Origin: Acidimicrobiia bacterium
GTDB taxonomy: Bacteria; Actinomycetota; Acidimicrobiia; IMCC26256; DASPTH01
Length of the DNA: 54,179 nt
Assembly: GCA_040880805.1 (NCBI GenBank)
Contig: JBBDHW010000022.1
Span: forward strand, 1-54,179
Direction: 5' to 3'
Every line of letters starts with the position of its first letter. Positions within the stretch are counted from its first letter, which is position 1. This document shows, one piece after another, positions 9,396 to 21,090 of this stretch. The notes beneath the pieces are model-generated. The model made no database searches, was not told where the DNA came from, and saw only the letters and a program-made list of their open reading frames with translations. The translations under genes were made by a program, and so were the position numbers.

Positions 9396-9587
9396 ATGCT
9401 CACCATCGACTGTGCGGAGTGCGTGATGCGCCACACCACCGCGTGCGACGACTGCGTGGTCACGTTCGTCGTCGGGCGACGGCCGGGTGAGGCGCTCGTG
9501 ATCGACGTCGAAGAGGAGCGTGCAGTACGCATGCTCGCGGGTGCGGGGCTCGTACCCCGCCTGCGGCACCGCGCCGCCAGCGGCTGA
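9396..9587 (+). CDS. Small Cys-rich hypothetical protein (CxxC...CxxC)
   Basis: 63-aa ORF with DCAECVMRHTTACDDCVV. It is the third consecutive small Cys-rich ORF. Confidence 0.4.
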   Translation: MLTIDCAECVMRHTTACDDCVVTFVVGRRPGEALVIDVEEERAVRMLAGAGLVPRLRHRAASG

Positions 9588-9668
9588 GGCAGCCGCGTTC
9601 GGGTCCGCGGCGTCGGTGTTCCGAGCGGGGTAGCGTCCTGCGAGCGCCCAGGGGACGGACCGGGAGGC

Positions 9669-10208
9669 ATGCGGGTGTACGGGTACGGGGACTCGATCAA
9701 CTTCGCGCTCCTGCTCGCGCGGGTCTGGATCGCCATCATGATCTTGGCCCACGGGTGGCGGCACGTGAAGTCCATCCGTTCGGGCCCCGGGATGGCGAAC
9801 TGGTTCGAGAGCCTCGGCCTCAAGCCCGGCCCGCTCCACGCGCAGCTCGTCACGGCTACCGAGCTCGCGATTCCCGTCGGGCTCGTCCTCGGGTTCTTCA
9901 CGCCTCTGATGTACGCGGGTGTGGTGGCGCTCATGCTCGTGGCGTTCCTCACCAACCATCTGAAGAACGGCTTCTTCCTCAGCAGCGCGAAGGAGGGTTA
10001 CGAGTACGTCGTCACCGTCGCGGTGTTGTCGATCTCGCTCGGGACGCTCGGCCCGGGCCAGTGGTCACTCGACGACGCGGCCGACTTTTCGTTCCCGTTC
10101 GACCCGAAGAAGGCGCTGCTCATCACCGCGGTCGTCGGCATCGGTGGTGCAGCGCTGTTCCTGCTCGCGTTCTGGCGCCCGCCCAAACAGGCCGACTCCG
10201 GTAGCTGA
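9669..10208 (+). CDS. DoxX-family membrane protein
   Basis: Four TM helices with the HGW motif typical of DoxX. Confidence 0.7.
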   Translation: MRVYGYGDSINFALLLARVWIAIMILAHGWRHVKSIRSGPGMANWFESLGLKPGPLHAQLVTATELAIPVGLVLGFFTPLMYAGVVALMLVAFLTNHLKNGFFLSSAKEGYEYVVTVAVLSISLGTLGPGQWSLDDAADFSFPFDPKKALLITAVVGIGGAALFLLAFWRPPKQADSGS

Positions 10209-10213
10209 AACCC

Positions 10214-11302
10214 ATGGGGCGCGTCACGCTCGAGCACGTCACCAAGCGGTTCGACGCCACCACCGCGGTCGACGACTTGAGCCTCGCGGTGGCCGACGAG
10301 GAATTCCTCGTGCTGCTCGGCCCGTCGGGCTGCGGCAAGTCCACCGCGCTGCGCATGATCGCCGGCCTCGAGACACCCACTGCGGGCACGATCACGATCG
10401 GCGATCGTGTCGTGAACGACGTCGAGCCGAAGGATCGCGACATCGCGATGGTGTTCCAGAGCTACGCGCTGTATCCGCACATGACCGTGCGCCGCAATAT
10501 CGAGTTCCCGCTGCGATCGCGCCGTGTCGCGTCGGCCGACCGCGACCAACTCGTCGCGGACGCCGCCGACAGCCTCGGGCTCGAGGATCTCCTCGAACGG
10601 AAGCCGGCCCAGCTCTCGGGTGGTCAACGCCAACGAGTCGCGCTCGCGCGCGCCATCGTGCGGCGACCGCAGGCGTTTCTCATGGACGAGCCACTCTCGA
10701 ACCTCGACGCCAAGCTGCGCGTGCAGACGCGCGCCGAGCTCGTCGAGCTTCAGCGCCGCTTGTCCGCCACGATCGTCTACGTCACGCACGACCAGGTCGA
10801 AGCGATGACCATGGGACACCGCATCGCAGTGCTCGATGCCGGCGTGCTCCAGCAAGTAGGCCCGCCGCAGGACGTGTACGCGCGACCCGCGAACCTGTTC
10901 GTGGCGCGCTTCATCGGCAGTCCGCCCATGAACACGGTCGACGGTCGCATCGCGCGCGTCGGAGACAGCCTCGTGGTGGAGCTGCCCGGGGGGAGGGCGC
11001 CGCTCACGCCGCAACTCGCGCGCGCGGTCGAAGCTGCGGGGTTCCAGAACGTGGTGCTCGGCGTGCGTCCCGAAGACCTCCGGCTCGGTCGCGAAGGGGG
11101 AGTGACGGCCACCGTGGCGGTGGTGGAAGCGTTGGGGCACGAGTGCCATGTCGCATGCCGTCTCCCCGACGGGCAATTGGTGATCGTGCGCCAACGCGCT
11201 GAGGCCGATGTGCCCGCGCCCGAGGAGAACGTGCGGCTCATTGCTCACGCGGAGGTACTGCACGTCTTCGATCCCACCTCCGGCAACCGGATCGATCCGT
11301 GA
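10214..11302 (+). CDS. Sugar ABC transporter ATP-binding protein (MalK/UgpC-like)
   Basis: Walker A GPSGCGKST, signature LSGGQRQRVALARA, Walker B FLMDEPLSNLD and a C-terminal TOBE-like domain. Confidence 0.9.
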   Translation: MGRVTLEHVTKRFDATTAVDDLSLAVADEEFLVLLGPSGCGKSTALRMIAGLETPTAGTITIGDRVVNDVEPKDRDIAMVFQSYALYPHMTVRRNIEFPLRSRRVASADRDQLVADAADSLGLEDLLERKPAQLSGGQRQRVALARAIVRRPQAFLMDEPLSNLDAKLRVQTRAELVELQRRLSATIVYVTHDQVEAMTMGHRIAVLDAGVLQQVGPPQDVYARPANLFVARFIGSPPMNTVDGRIARVGDSLVVELPGGRAPLTPQLARAVEAAGFQNVVLGVRPEDLRLGREGGVTATVAVVEALGHECHVACRLPDGQLVIVRQRAEADVPAPEENVRLIAHAEVLHVFDPTSGNRIDP

Positions 11303-12201
11303 CGGCCGTCGTCGACGATCGGGTGCTCGGCGCGAAGACGAAGTGGAAAGAACGTGGGCTCGGTTACCTGATGCTGCTGCCCGCGCTCGTGATCTTCGCC
11401 GTCTTCATCTTCTACCCGCTGATCCACAACGTGTACCTCGGGTTCTACCGGAGCCCGCCGTTCCCCGGGCTGCCGAGTCGATACGTGGGATTCGACCAGT
11501 ACAAGGACGTCCTCGGTTCGCAGGAGTTCTTCGACAGCCTGAAGACCACCGTGCTCTTCGCGGTGATGACGGTGCCCACCGGCATCGCGCTCGGCCTCGG
11601 CCTCGCGGTACTTGCGCACCAGCAACTGCGCGGGATCGGGATCTACCGCACGTTCTTCTCGTCGACGGTCGCCACGTCGGTCGCGGTCGCTGCGGTCATC
11701 TTCGGAACGCTGCTGAGCCCGCAGGTCGGCCTGTTGCCCTGGCTCGGGATCACCACGCAGCCGCCGATTCTCCAGAACACCACGTGGGCGCTGCCCGCGG
11801 TGGCGGGCGTCACCGTCTGGCAGACGCTCGGGCTCACGTTCATCCTGATGTCCGCCGGCCTCCAGAGCGTGCCCGACGACCTGCTCGAAGCCGCGCGCGT
11901 CGACGGCGCCGGTGCATGGTCGCGCTTCTGGCACGTGACCCTCCCGATGCTCTCGCCCACCGTCTTCTTCGCAGTGGTCATCGGATCGATCTTCGCCTTC
12001 CAGACGTTCGGCCAGATCGACCTGCTCACCCAGGGCGGGCCCTTGAAGAAGACCAACGTGCTCACGTACTTCGTCTACACCGAGTTGAACAGCGATCCGG
12101 GAAAGGCCGCGGTGCTCGCGGTCGCTCTGTTCCTGCTCACGCTGCTGCTCGCGCTCGCCCAGATCCGGCTCCTCGAGCGGCGGGTCAGCTATGAGCGTTG
12201 A
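11299..12201 (+). CDS. Sugar ABC transporter permease (UgpA/MalF-like)
   Basis: Six TM helices with an EAA-like loop (LEAARVDGAGAWSRFWHVTLP). Overlaps the upstream stop. Confidence 0.85.
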   Translation: MTAVVDDRVLGAKTKWKERGLGYLMLLPALVIFAVFIFYPLIHNVYLGFYRSPPFPGLPSRYVGFDQYKDVLGSQEFFDSLKTTVLFAVMTVPTGIALGLGLAVLAHQQLRGIGIYRTFFSSTVATSVAVAAVIFGTLLSPQVGLLPWLGITTQPPILQNTTWALPAVAGVTVWQTLGLTFILMSAGLQSVPDDLLEAARVDGAGAWSRFWHVTLPMLSPTVFFAVVIGSIFAFQTFGQIDLLTQGGPLKKTNVLTYFVYTELNSDPGKAAVLAVALFLLTLLLALAQIRLLERRVSYER

Positions 12202-13048
12202 GGCCGCAGAGATCGGCGTCGGACGCAGGAAACTCATCGCGCGGAAGGTGGCGCGCTACGCGCTGCTCACGGTGCTCGCGGTGATCGTGCTGTTCCCGAT
12301 CTACATCACCCTGGTGAACTCGCTGCTCAAGCCGGCGCAGATCACTCGACAGCCGCCGAAGCTCTTCCCCACTGACCCGCAGTGGAGCTCGTACAGCAAG
12401 GCGTGGGACTACGGGAACATGTCCACCTACTTGAAGAACAGCTTCATCGTGACCTTCATCATCACCGCGGGGCAGGTGGTCACCGCGATCCTCGCCGGTT
12501 ACGCGTTCGCGTTTCTCTCGTTCCCGTTCAAGCGCACGCTGTTCGTCGTGTTCCTCGCGACGTTGATGGTGCCGTTCGAGGTCACGATCGTCACCAACAT
12601 CACCACCGTCAGCGACATCGGCTGGTACAACACCTACGCTGGCCTCGCGGTGCCGTTCCTCGCCACCGGGTTCGGCGCCTTCCTGATGCGTCAGGCATTC
12701 CTCGTTCTGCCCCACGATCTGCGCGACGCAGCCGCGCTCGACGGCTACGGCCACTGGCGGTTCCTCACTCGCGTGGCGGTACCCCTCGCGCGGCCCGCCG
12801 TTGCCGCGTTGACTGTCTTCGCCTTCCTGGCGGCGTGGAACCAGTACCTCTGGCCGCTGCTGGTTACGAAGGACGACTCTCTGCGCACCGTGCAGATCGG
12901 ACTCAAGCAGCTGCAGGGTGTGAGCATCGACCAGGTCAACATCACGTTCGCGGGGGCGATCATCGCGGTGCTCCCGCTCGTGATCCTGCTCCTGGTGTTC
13001 CAGAAGCAACTGGTTCGGGGCCTGACCGCCGGAGCGGTGAAAGGTTGA
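12191..13048 (+). CDS. Sugar ABC transporter permease (UgpE/MalG-like)
   Basis: EAA loop DAAALDGYGHWRFLTRVAVPLARP and six TM helices. Confidence 0.85.
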   Translation: MSVEAAEIGVGRRKLIARKVARYALLTVLAVIVLFPIYITLVNSLLKPAQITRQPPKLFPTDPQWSSYSKAWDYGNMSTYLKNSFIVTFIITAGQVVTAILAGYAFAFLSFPFKRTLFVVFLATLMVPFEVTIVTNITTVSDIGWYNTYAGLAVPFLATGFGAFLMRQAFLVLPHDLRDAAALDGYGHWRFLTRVAVPLARPAVAALTVFAFLAAWNQYLWPLLVTKDDSLRTVQIGLKQLQGVSIDQVNITFAGAIIAVLPLVILLLVFQKQLVRGLTAGAVKG

Positions 13049-13059
13049 GGCGAGCGTCC

Positions 13060-13082
13060 GCGGCGCACGTATCGTGCGCCGC
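13060..13082 (+). promoter_or_regulatory. Intercistronic 10-bp stem hairpin (gcggcgcacg-tat-cgtgcgccgc) between the permease and the binding-protein gene
   Basis: Perfect inverted repeat. It is likely an mRNA stabiliser or attenuator that sets SBP stoichiometry. Confidence 0.4.
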
Positions 13083-13153
13083 AGCGAGCCGTTCGGTATA
13101 GGTGGAGTAGAGCGCCCCGAGGCGAAGCCCCGAGAGCGGAAAACCTGACAAGA

Positions 13154-14586
13154 ATGGGTACGACGACGACGAGGGGGAACCTGATGATGCGAGGGCGGAG
13201 TTCGAAGCAGCTGGCGGGCGTTGCCGCGGCCGTGTTGGTGATCGGTGCGAGTCTGGTGACGGTCGCAGGCGCCGACCCGGCCGGTGCGGCCGACTCGTGC
13301 CCGCTCGCCGCGCTGAAGAAGGCAAAGAAACCGGTCGAGATCACGATGTGGCACTCGATGGGACGTGCGAACGAAGAGACCCTCACCGCGCTCGCCGACA
13401 AGTTCAACTCGTCGCAGTCGGCCGTGAAGGTGACGCTCGTCTACCAGGTGAGCTACGACGACACGTTCACGAAGTACAAGGCCGGCCTGTCGAGCGGTGA
13501 TCTTCCCGACATCGTGCAGCTGCAAGAAACCGAGCAGCAGCAGATGATCGACACGCGCACCGTTGTTCCCTCTGGTGATTGCGCCAAGGCCGACCATTAC
13601 AGCTTCTCCGGCTTCCTCCCTCGCGTCGTGAGCTACTTCACCGTGAAGGGGAAGATGTACGCGATGCCGTTCAACACGTCGGGCCCGGTCCTCTTCTACG
13701 ACAAGAACGCGTTCCGCAAAGCCGGGCTCGATCCTGAAAAGCCGCCGGCAACGCTCGACGAGGTTCGGCAGTATGCCCAGAAGCTCAAGAGCAGCGGCGC
13801 GGTCAAGAACGCCGGCCTCGGGCTCGTGACCGAGCCCGGGTTCTTCGAGCACTGGCGCGCCATGGCGAACAAGCTCTTCGTGAACAACAGCAACGGGCGG
13901 AAGGCCCGGGCCGCCAAGGCCGCCTTCGACGACGCGGTGGGTCGCGAGATCTTCGCCTGGATGTCGGGCATGGTGAAGGACGGGCTCGCCGAGGTCAATC
14001 CGGACAGCGGGGCCAGCCAGTACGACGATCTCTTCGGCATCGCGAACGGTAACCACGCCATGGCCATCGATACCAGTGCCGTACTCGGCACCATCACTCA
14101 GTTGGTGGCGAGTGGTGCGTACCCGGGCCTGGAGATCGGCGTCGGCCCGATGCCCGGGCCGTCGGGCAAGGGTGGGGTGCTCGTCAGTGGGGGCTCGCTC
14201 TACATCGTGAACAAGTCGGAACCTGCGAAGCAGGCGGCGGCATGGCAGTTCATGAAGTTCCTCGACACGCCGGAGTCACAGGCCACGTGGGCCGTGGGCA
14301 CCGGCTACATCCCGATCGTCAAGAAGGCCGCGGCGAGCACCACCGTGAAGGACTTCTGGGCGAACAACCCCGGGTACGAGGTGGCGTACAACCAGCTGCT
14401 CCAGGGGGTGAACAGCCCGGCAACTGCCGGCTCGGTGATCGGCCCGTATGTTGAGGTCCGCGATGTGGTACGCGACGCGGAGAACAGCATGTTCCTCGAG
14501 GGCAAGAGTCCCGATGCTGCGGTGAAAGCTGCGGCGTCGGACAGCACTGCTGTGATCGCCGACTACAACGAGCGAGTCCCGGCCGG

Positions 14587-14590
<4 letters not shown>
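13154..14590 (+). CDS. Extracellular solute-binding protein, family 1 (sugar ABC transporter)
   Basis: Signal peptide, then an SBP_bac_1-like sequence. It is the last gene of the transporter operon. The start may be 13184. Confidence 0.8.
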
Positions 14591-15891
<1,301 letters not shown>

Positions 15892-15945
15892 CTCCTCGTT
15901 CGATCCCGCTCTCGGTCGTGCCAGCGTATCCGGCTCCTGAGCGCG

Positions 15946-16749
15946 TCAGTCCCCGCGAGTGGACTCGTCGAGCGTGCCCATCAGCCTCACGAAGGCGTCG
16001 GTGTCGGCCGTCTTGTTCACGACAACGTCGTACTGCGTGCCGCCGCCGGGGAACGCAGCTGGCACGTAGTACTCGAAGCCGTCGCCCTCCATGCCCTCCA
16101 TGATCGCGGCGGCGCACTCGACCGCCGGCACGAACGGACCCTTGAAGGGCGCAGGGTCGTTGTCGGGCTGGTCCCAGATCTCGGTGTCGATCGGGCCGGG
16201 GAGCATCAGCTTCACGTCGACGCCGGTGCCGTGGAGGTCGACGGCCATCGCTTCGCTCCACCCGCACAGCGCGAACTTGCTCGCGCAATACGCGGCCTCA
16301 TGAGCGATCGGGAGCCGACCTCCGAGGCTCGAGACGTTCACGACACAACCCGCACCGCGCTCGAGCCAATGCGGTAACAAGGCGAGGGTCATGCGAACCG
16401 GCGCGTGGAAGTTCACGTCCATCACGTGCGCCACGTCGGACGGTGTCAGGCGCGGAACCGGTGTGCGCTTCGGTATCCCGGCGTTGTTGACGAGGCAGTC
16501 GACACCGCCGAACGTGTCCCACGCTTTGTGCACGACCTGCTCGGCACGCTCGAGGTCGGCGAGATCGGCGGCCCAGTACCGGGAGTCGGGCGCATGCTCC
16601 CGGCACGCCGCGAGCACGGTGTGCAGCCGGTCCTCGCGGCGGGCGACGAGCCCGACGGTGGCGCCGCGTTCGGCGAGCATCTCCGCGAGAGCCGCACCGA
16701 TCCCGGATGACGCGCCGGTGACGATGATTCGAGAACCCTCGATCCGCAC
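15946..16749 (-). CDS. SDR-family oxidoreductase
   Basis: TGASSGIG Rossmann motif, NNAG motif and YxxxK (YCASK). Confidence 0.85.
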   Translation of the reverse strand: MRIEGSRIIVTGASSGIGAALAEMLAERGATVGLVARREDRLHTVLAACREHAPDSRYWAADLADLERAEQVVHKAWDTFGGVDCLVNNAGIPKRTPVPRLTPSDVAHVMDVNFHAPVRMTLALLPHWLERGAGCVVNVSSLGGRLPIAHEAAYCASKFALCGWSEAMAVDLHGTGVDVKLMLPGPIDTEIWDQPDNDPAPFKGPFVPAVECAAAIMEGMEGDGFEYYVPAAFPGGGTQYDVVVNKTADTDAFVRLMGTLDESTRGD

Positions 16750-16779
16750 GAGTGTCTCCTTTGTCAGCGATGCGGGCGG

Positions 16780-17457
16780 TCAGCGGTACCGGGTCGACGA
16801 AGTCGGTTTGGTCTGGACTTCGTCGGCGGCGCGCGAGAACGCGTCCGTGAACTCGGGAACCGTCTGCAGACGCTTGGCGACGAACACCGAGAGCTCGACC
16901 CGCCCCGAGTCACCTGCCTTCCGGGAAGCTCGGGCCCCACGGGCGAGCAGCTCGGCGAGGTCGACGTGCTCCCAGTCGACCGCGTCGACACCGCGGCGCA
17001 GCACGAATACCTGCGTCTCCGGTGGGGGCTCGGACCGCTTGTCGCGCTCGGGGAGCGGTTCCTGGCACACGTCGAAGGAACGCAGACCCGGCCACCGGTC
17101 GAAGACGAACGGCAGGAACACGCGGCTCACGGTCGCGATGCCGTTCAGATATTCGGCAGGGCTGTACTCGCCGTCGGGTTCTACGTAGACCGCGAGATGC
17201 GTGCCCGTCGTGGAGCGACGGTTCTTGCTGTCGACCAATGCCGCGCGCGTGATGTGCAACCCGAGCGGGGCGATCTTGGGCGCGAAGATCTTCACCAGTT
17301 CCTTGCGGCTCGACGGGGGAAACTCCTTGGCGACGCTCTTGGGGGCGGCCGTGGCGGTCGAGGTGGCCGAAGCGACCGTAACGAGTGCGACGACGGCGAC
17401 TGCGACGGCCGAGACGAGCAGCGCGGTGTGCAACCGCAAGCGGCGACGCGCGCTCAA
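16780..17457 (-). CDS. Hypothetical secreted protein
   Basis: N-terminal signal peptide. It overlaps the upstream L,D-transpeptidase gene by 4 nt. Confidence 0.5.
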   Translation of the reverse strand: MSARRRLRLHTALLVSAVAVAVVALVTVASATSTATAAPKSVAKEFPPSSRKELVKIFAPKIAPLGLHITRAALVDSKNRRSTTGTHLAVYVEPDGEYSPAEYLNGIATVSRVFLPFVFDRWPGLRSFDVCQEPLPERDKRSEPPPETQVFVLRRGVDAVDWEHVDLAELLARGARASRKAGDSGRVELSVFVAKRLQTVPEFTDAFSRAADEVQTKPTSSTRYR

Positions 17458-18224
17458 GCCACGATGTCGACGGGTGTCCCGAGCGTGATCGTGTTCGTGA
17501 GCGTGGTGATCGCGTCGTTGTCCATCCGCACGCAGCCGTGGGTGACGTCGCGGCCGAGTACCGAGGCGTCGTTGTTGCCGTGGATGCCGATCTCGCCGTC
17601 ACCGCCATTGAACGTTTCGAGCACATCTGAGTGGCTCGACAGGCCCCACGCATACGGCCCGTACACCGTGGTGGGATCGATCGCCCGTATCTTCACGCGT
17701 ACGAAGTACGCGCCGGTGGGCGTGGGCGTGTCGCCGGTGCCGATCGCGATGTCGCCCTGGTAGAGGACGGTCTGGTCGTTTGTGACCGTGATCCGGTGTG
17801 CGCCGAGCTCGACCGTCACGCGAAAGGGGTTCGGTGTGAGGCTTACGTCGGTCGCGCGTACCCAACCGGTGCTCCCGTTGGGGCGGATGGGGAGGAGCAC
17901 TCGCACCCAACCGTCGGCCCGTTGCTCCTTCACGAGGAACACCTGTGGGACCGTCTGGTCGGGATAGGCAGGGTCGAGGACCCAGGGGTTGTCGAGCACT
18001 CGGTCGGCCTGGCTGTCCTCGGGCGCGTTGTACACCGCGAGCTGCGGCACGATCGCTTTGGCCACAAAGGGAAACCGTGACTGCGTGGCTCCGGTCGCCG
18101 TCGGGGGCGGGGTCGTGATTTCCACGGTGCGCCCGAGCGACGCGTCGCCCCGTCCGCCACAACCGGCAGCGAGGAGGCTCAGCGTGACGACGGCGGCAAA
18201 CGCGGGGCGGATGTGGCGGTTCAC
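17454..18224 (-). CDS. L,D-transpeptidase lipoprotein (YkuD domain)
   Basis: Lipobox LLAAGC and catalytic motif HGCVRM with upstream His. Confidence 0.8.
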   Translation of the reverse strand: MNRHIRPAFAAVVTLSLLAAGCGGRGDASLGRTVEITTPPPTATGATQSRFPFVAKAIVPQLAVYNAPEDSQADRVLDNPWVLDPAYPDQTVPQVFLVKEQRADGWVRVLLPIRPNGSTGWVRATDVSLTPNPFRVTVELGAHRITVTNDQTVLYQGDIAIGTGDTPTPTGAYFVRVKIRAIDPTTVYGPYAWGLSSHSDVLETFNGGDGEIGIHGNNDASVLGRDVTHGCVRMDNDAITTLTNTITLGTPVDIVA

Positions 18225-18271
18225 AAGGCGAGAAGACTAGCGGAAGTCGCCGCGGATACGGTGCCGCCCTG

Positions 18272-18901
18272 ATGGCGCGCCGTGAGCTCGTCGAGGCGAG
18301 CGACGACCTCGCTCGTCGTTCCCCGCATTTTGCTGCGATCGTGAAGACGGCCGGTCCGTGCGAGCTGCGACGCGGCCGCCTGCGCCGCACGCACTTCGCC
18401 GAGCTCGCCCGCGCGGTGTGCTACCAACAGCTCGCCGGGTCTGCGGCGAGGGCGATCCACGGACGATTCGAAGGTCTCTTCGACGGCGATCCCACACCGG
18501 AGCGGGTGCTCACGGCGTCGGTCGACACACTCCGCGGGGTCGGGCTCTCGGCGTCGAAGGTGGCGTCGATTCGCGACCTCGCCGAGCACGTGGTCGCCGG
18601 CACCGTCGCGCTCGATCGCATCGCGCGGCGTTGCGACGCGCGGGTCGTCGAGGAGCTCACCCTGGTGCGTGGCATCGGCCGGTGGACGGCGGAGATGTTC
18701 CTGATGTTCCAGCTCGGTCGTCTCGACGTCTGGCCCGTCGACGATTTCGGCGTGCGGAAGGGTTACGCGCGGCTGTACGGCCTCGCGGAGCTCCCGACAC
18801 CGCGGGCCCTGCAGCCGCTCGGTGACGAGTTCCGCCCGCACCGGTCGGTCGCGGCGTGGTACTGCTGGCGCGCCGCCGACGATCAGTTCGGCGCCGGCTG
18901 A
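18272..18901 (+). CDS. DNA-3-methyladenine glycosylase II-like (HhH-GPD, AlkA family)
   Basis: HhH motif LVRGIGRWTAEMFLMF and catalytic Asp region WPVDDFGVRKG. Confidence 0.8.
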   Translation: MARRELVEASDDLARRSPHFAAIVKTAGPCELRRGRLRRTHFAELARAVCYQQLAGSAARAIHGRFEGLFDGDPTPERVLTASVDTLRGVGLSASKVASIRDLAEHVVAGTVALDRIARRCDARVVEELTLVRGIGRWTAEMFLMFQLGRLDVWPVDDFGVRKGYARLYGLAELPTPRALQPLGDEFRPHRSVAAWYCWRAADDQFGAG

Positions 18902-19416
18902 CGGCGACGCCACTGCGCGGCCATCTCGGCGGCGTGCTCGGCGAACGGCGGGAGTCCGAGGCGCTGCCGCCTTGCCTCCACCTTCACCGGGTCGTCGACC
19001 GGCCATGGCATCAACTCGCCGTCGGCGCCGGTCACGAACTGCGATCCGTAGAGCTGATCGAGACCGTCGGCCATGCGCACGCGATCGACGAGGTACGCGG
19101 AGTGCACTGGATCGGCGTCGCCGTACGCGACCGCGACCTCCAGTGCTTCGAGGCACCGCTTCTGCAGCCCGGGGTCTTCGATCGCAAACTGGGCAATGAG
19201 CCACGCGGCGCGCGAGCCGTCGCCGCCGACCAATCGTCGACCCGGCCACACCTCGTAGTCGTCGAGGATCTCCCACAGACGTTCGGCGTAGGCGCGCAGG
19301 GTTTCGGGGTCGGGCCCGGTCGCAACCATGCCGAGCAGCTCTTCGCGCAATGCTTCGTCTCGTGCGATACCGCGCAGGGTACGCTCACGGCGTGTAACAC
19401 GCCCGATCCCCGCCAT
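18883..19416 (-). CDS. Hypothetical protein; start may be 19329
   Basis: Arg-poor, well-conserved-looking ORF. With the 19416 start it is only 30 bp from the divergent ABC-F gene. Confidence 0.45.
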   Translation of the reverse strand: MAGIGRVTRRERTLRGIARDEALREELLGMVATGPDPETLRAYAERLWEILDDYEVWPGRRLVGGDGSRAAWLIAQFAIEDPGLQKRCLEALEVAVAYGDADPVHSAYLVDRVRMADGLDQLYGSQFVTGADGELMPWPVDDPVKVEARRQRLGLPPFAEHAAEMAAQWRRRQPAPN

Positions 19417-19446
19417 TTCCTCGTCTCTGCGAACCGGGATCGTCGC

Positions 19447-21090
19447 ATGTCTCCTTCCTCCTTCTCGCTCGTCGCCCGTGACCTCGCGCGTTTCCGAGGT
19501 GGCACAACGGTGCTCGACGGCGTCGACCTCACCGTCAGCCGGCGTACCCGCCTCGGCGTCGTGGGGCCCAACGGCGTCGGCAAGACCACACTGTTGCGGC
19601 TCCTCGCGGGGCTCGACCAAGCCGACCGCGGCACCGTCACGCGCACACCGCCGAACGCGCGCGTCGGCTATCTGCCACAAGAGCCCGAGCGATCCGCGCA
19701 CGAAACGCTGCTCGAGTTCCTCGGTCGGCGTTCGGGTGTCAGCGCGGCCGACGCCGAGCTCGAGCGCGCCACCGCCGCGCTTGCCAGGGGCGCGGCCGGT
19801 AGCGATAACGAATACGCGCGCGCCCTCGATGACTATCTCGCCGCGGGTGGTCCCGACTTCGACCCTCGTGCGCGCGCGACGTGCGCCGACCTGGGGCTGC
19901 CCGAGGCACTGCTCTCCGCGCCCACCGCGATATTGTCCGGTGGTCAGGCGGCGCGCGCGTCCCTTGCCGCGATCGTCGTGAGCCGCTTCGACGTGTTCCT
20001 GCTCGACGAGCCCACGAACGATCTCGACTTCGCGGGCCTCGCTCGGCTCGAGCGGTTCCTCGACGGGCTCGACGGCGGCGTGGTCGTCGTGAGCCACGAC
20101 CGCACATTCCTCGATCGGACCGTGACCCGCGTGCTCGAGCTCGACGAACACGCGCGCACCGGGACCGAGCTCGGTGGCGGCTGGTCCGGCTACCTCGAAG
20201 CCCGCGCGACGGCGCGCCGTCATGCCGAGGACGAGTACGCCGCCTATCGGGCCGAACGGAGCCGGCTCGAGGCGCGGGCGCGCACGCAGCGCCAGTGGGC
20301 GGTCGAGGGCGTGCGGAAGGCGAGGCGCAGCCCCGACAACGACAAGATGCAGCGTGACTTCCGGATCAACGCTTCAGAGCGGCAGGCATCCAAGGTGCGG
20401 GCAACCGGCCACGCGCTCACTCGGCTGGAGGCGGTGGAGAAGCCATGGGAGAGCTGGGACCTCCGCTTCACCGTGGCAACCGCGTCGCGCAGTGGCAACG
20501 TGGTGCTGAGGCTCGCCGGCGCGGTGATCGAACGCGGCAGTTTCCGGCTCGGCCCGGTCGATCTCGAGATCGGATGGGCAGAACGGGTGGCCATCGTCGG
20601 GCCGAACGGCTCGGGCAAGACGACGCTGCTCGGGGCGCTGCTGGGGGACGTGCCGCTGTCGGTGGGGGAACGCTGGCTCGGACCGGGTGTGGTGGTCGGC
20701 GAGATGGACCAGGCGCGATCGGCGTTTGTGTCCGACCGTCCCCTGCTCGACACGTTCGTCACCGCAACACGCCTGACGCGCGGCGAGGCGCGCTCGTTGC
20801 TCGCGAAGTTCGGACTCGGTGCCGACCACGTGTTGCGTAGGGCGGCGACGCTGTCCCCGGGCGAACGGACACGCGCAGTGCTCGCGAGCTTCGCCGCGCA
20901 GGGCGTGAATTGCCTGGTGCTCGACGAGCCCACGAACCACCTCGACCTGCCTGCCATCGAGCAGCTGGAACTTGCGCTCGACGGGTACGACGGCACCCTG
21001 CTGCTCGTGTCGCACGACCGCGCACTGCTCGAGGCGGTACGTGTGACGCGAACCGTCGATGCTCAGGCTTGGAGCTCACCGCCCACGTAG
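19447..21090 (+). CDS. ABC-F family ATPase (tandem ATP-binding cassettes, no TMD)
   Basis: Two Walker A motifs (GPNGVGKTT, GPNGSGKTT) and two signatures (LSGGQAARA, LSPGERTRA), separated by a charged linker. Confidence 0.85.
   Translation: MSPSSFSLVARDLARFRGGTTVLDGVDLTVSRRTRLGVVGPNGVGKTTLLRLLAGLDQADRGTVTRTPPNARVGYLPQEPERSAHETLLEFLGRRSGVSAADAELERATAALARGAAGSDNEYARALDDYLAAGGPDFDPRARATCADLGLPEALLSAPTAILSGGQAARASLAAIVVSRFDVFLLDEPTNDLDFAGLARLERFLDGLDGGVVVVSHDRTFLDRTVTRVLELDEHARTGTELGGGWSGYLEARATARRHAEDEYAAYRAERSRLEARARTQRQWAVEGVRKARRSPDNDKMQRDFRINASERQASKVRATGHALTRLEAVEKPWESWDLRFTVATASRSGNVVLRLAGAVIERGSFRLGPVDLEIGWAERVAIVGPNGSGKTTLLGALLGDVPLSVGERWLGPGVVVGEMDQARSAFVSDRPLLDTFVTATRLTRGEARSLLAKFGLGADHVLRRAATLSPGERTRAVLASFAAQGVNCLVLDEPTNHLDLPAIEQLELALDGYDGTLLLVSHDRALLEAVRVTRTVDAQAWSSPPT

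Noticed and set aside
9084-9959. 291-aa and 243-aa minus-strand ORFs with STGISSTGISSTG repeats
   Set aside because: They are the antisense translation of the VDEVP tandem repeat and of neighbouring plus-strand genes, an artefact of repeat symmetry.
18856-19446. 5' extension of the ABC-F ORF
   Set aside because: It is antisense to the hypothetical gene 18883..19416. A Walker-A-containing N-terminus starts at MSPSSFSL (19447).
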